Source of the DNA: a virus
Taxonomy: Duplodnaviria; Caudoviricetes
IMG/VR virus record: IMGVR_UViG_3300020258_000006
Location: 1 to 56,474 of that record
Direction: 5' to 3' (one strand)
DNA: 56,474 nt
Shown here piece by piece: positions 56,373-56,474 of the stretch. The notes beneath the pieces were generated by a model, which worked only from the letters and a program-made list of their open reading frames with translations, searched no databases and had not been told where the DNA came from. Each line of letters opens with the position of its first letter. Position 1 is the first letter of the stretch. Position numbers and translations under genes: made by a program.

Positions 56373-56474
56373 ATACAAAAAACTATAAAATATAAAATTA
56401 CGGTTGACATTGCTAGCAAAGTACCAGTACCCCCGGTGACCCTACCGACCCATCGTGGTCGAAAATTTATATAA

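Larger units (their letters stand above)
1..56474. mobile_element. Near-complete or complete podovirus-like phage genome, HMO-2011-type
   Basis: Full set of replication, packaging, capsid, short-tail, ejection and lysis genes; PolA with DnaJ-type CxxCxGxG insertion; class II RNR; no host genes; no terminal repeat seen. Confidence 0.85.

Noticed and set aside
56330-56474. tRNA gene or tRNA-derived attP
   Set aside because: No cloverleaf or T-loop consensus (GTTCRA); hairpins do not fit tRNA geometry

Overview
The window looks like an essentially complete (~56.5 kb, AT-rich) marine podovirus genome of the HMO-2011 type. The diagnostic feature is a family A DNA polymerase carrying a DnaJ-like CxxCxGxG zinc-finger insertion. 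No RNA polymerase gene is visible. The host is probably an alphaproteobacterium (inference). There are three modules. (1) A leftward early/host-takeover region (217-6197) has small acidic proteins, DUF932, an RHH regulator and a C5 DNA methyltransferase. (2) A rightward replication module (6307-16379) has primase, helicase, a polymerase split into exonuclease and polymerase ORFs, SSB, nucleases, DUF3310 and a class II RNR. (3) A leftward late module (16369-56205) has terminase, portal, scaffold, capsid, small basic proteins, lysis genes, a large set of tail-fibre genes and ejection proteins. The most notable observations are: a 653-aa tyrosine-recombinase-fold protein with an ejection-protein-like tail, placed between terminase and portal; related GC-rich non-coding elements at both borders of the late module; twin covarying CC-bulged RNA hairpins upstream of the scaffold gene; a pseudoknot-like element and anti-SD hairpin loops in the early region; a recurrent hydrophobic-x-x-GG motif in late proteins; and apparent genome-wide avoidance of CCWGG. 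All assignments come from motif reading by eye. No database searches were run, and counts are manual.
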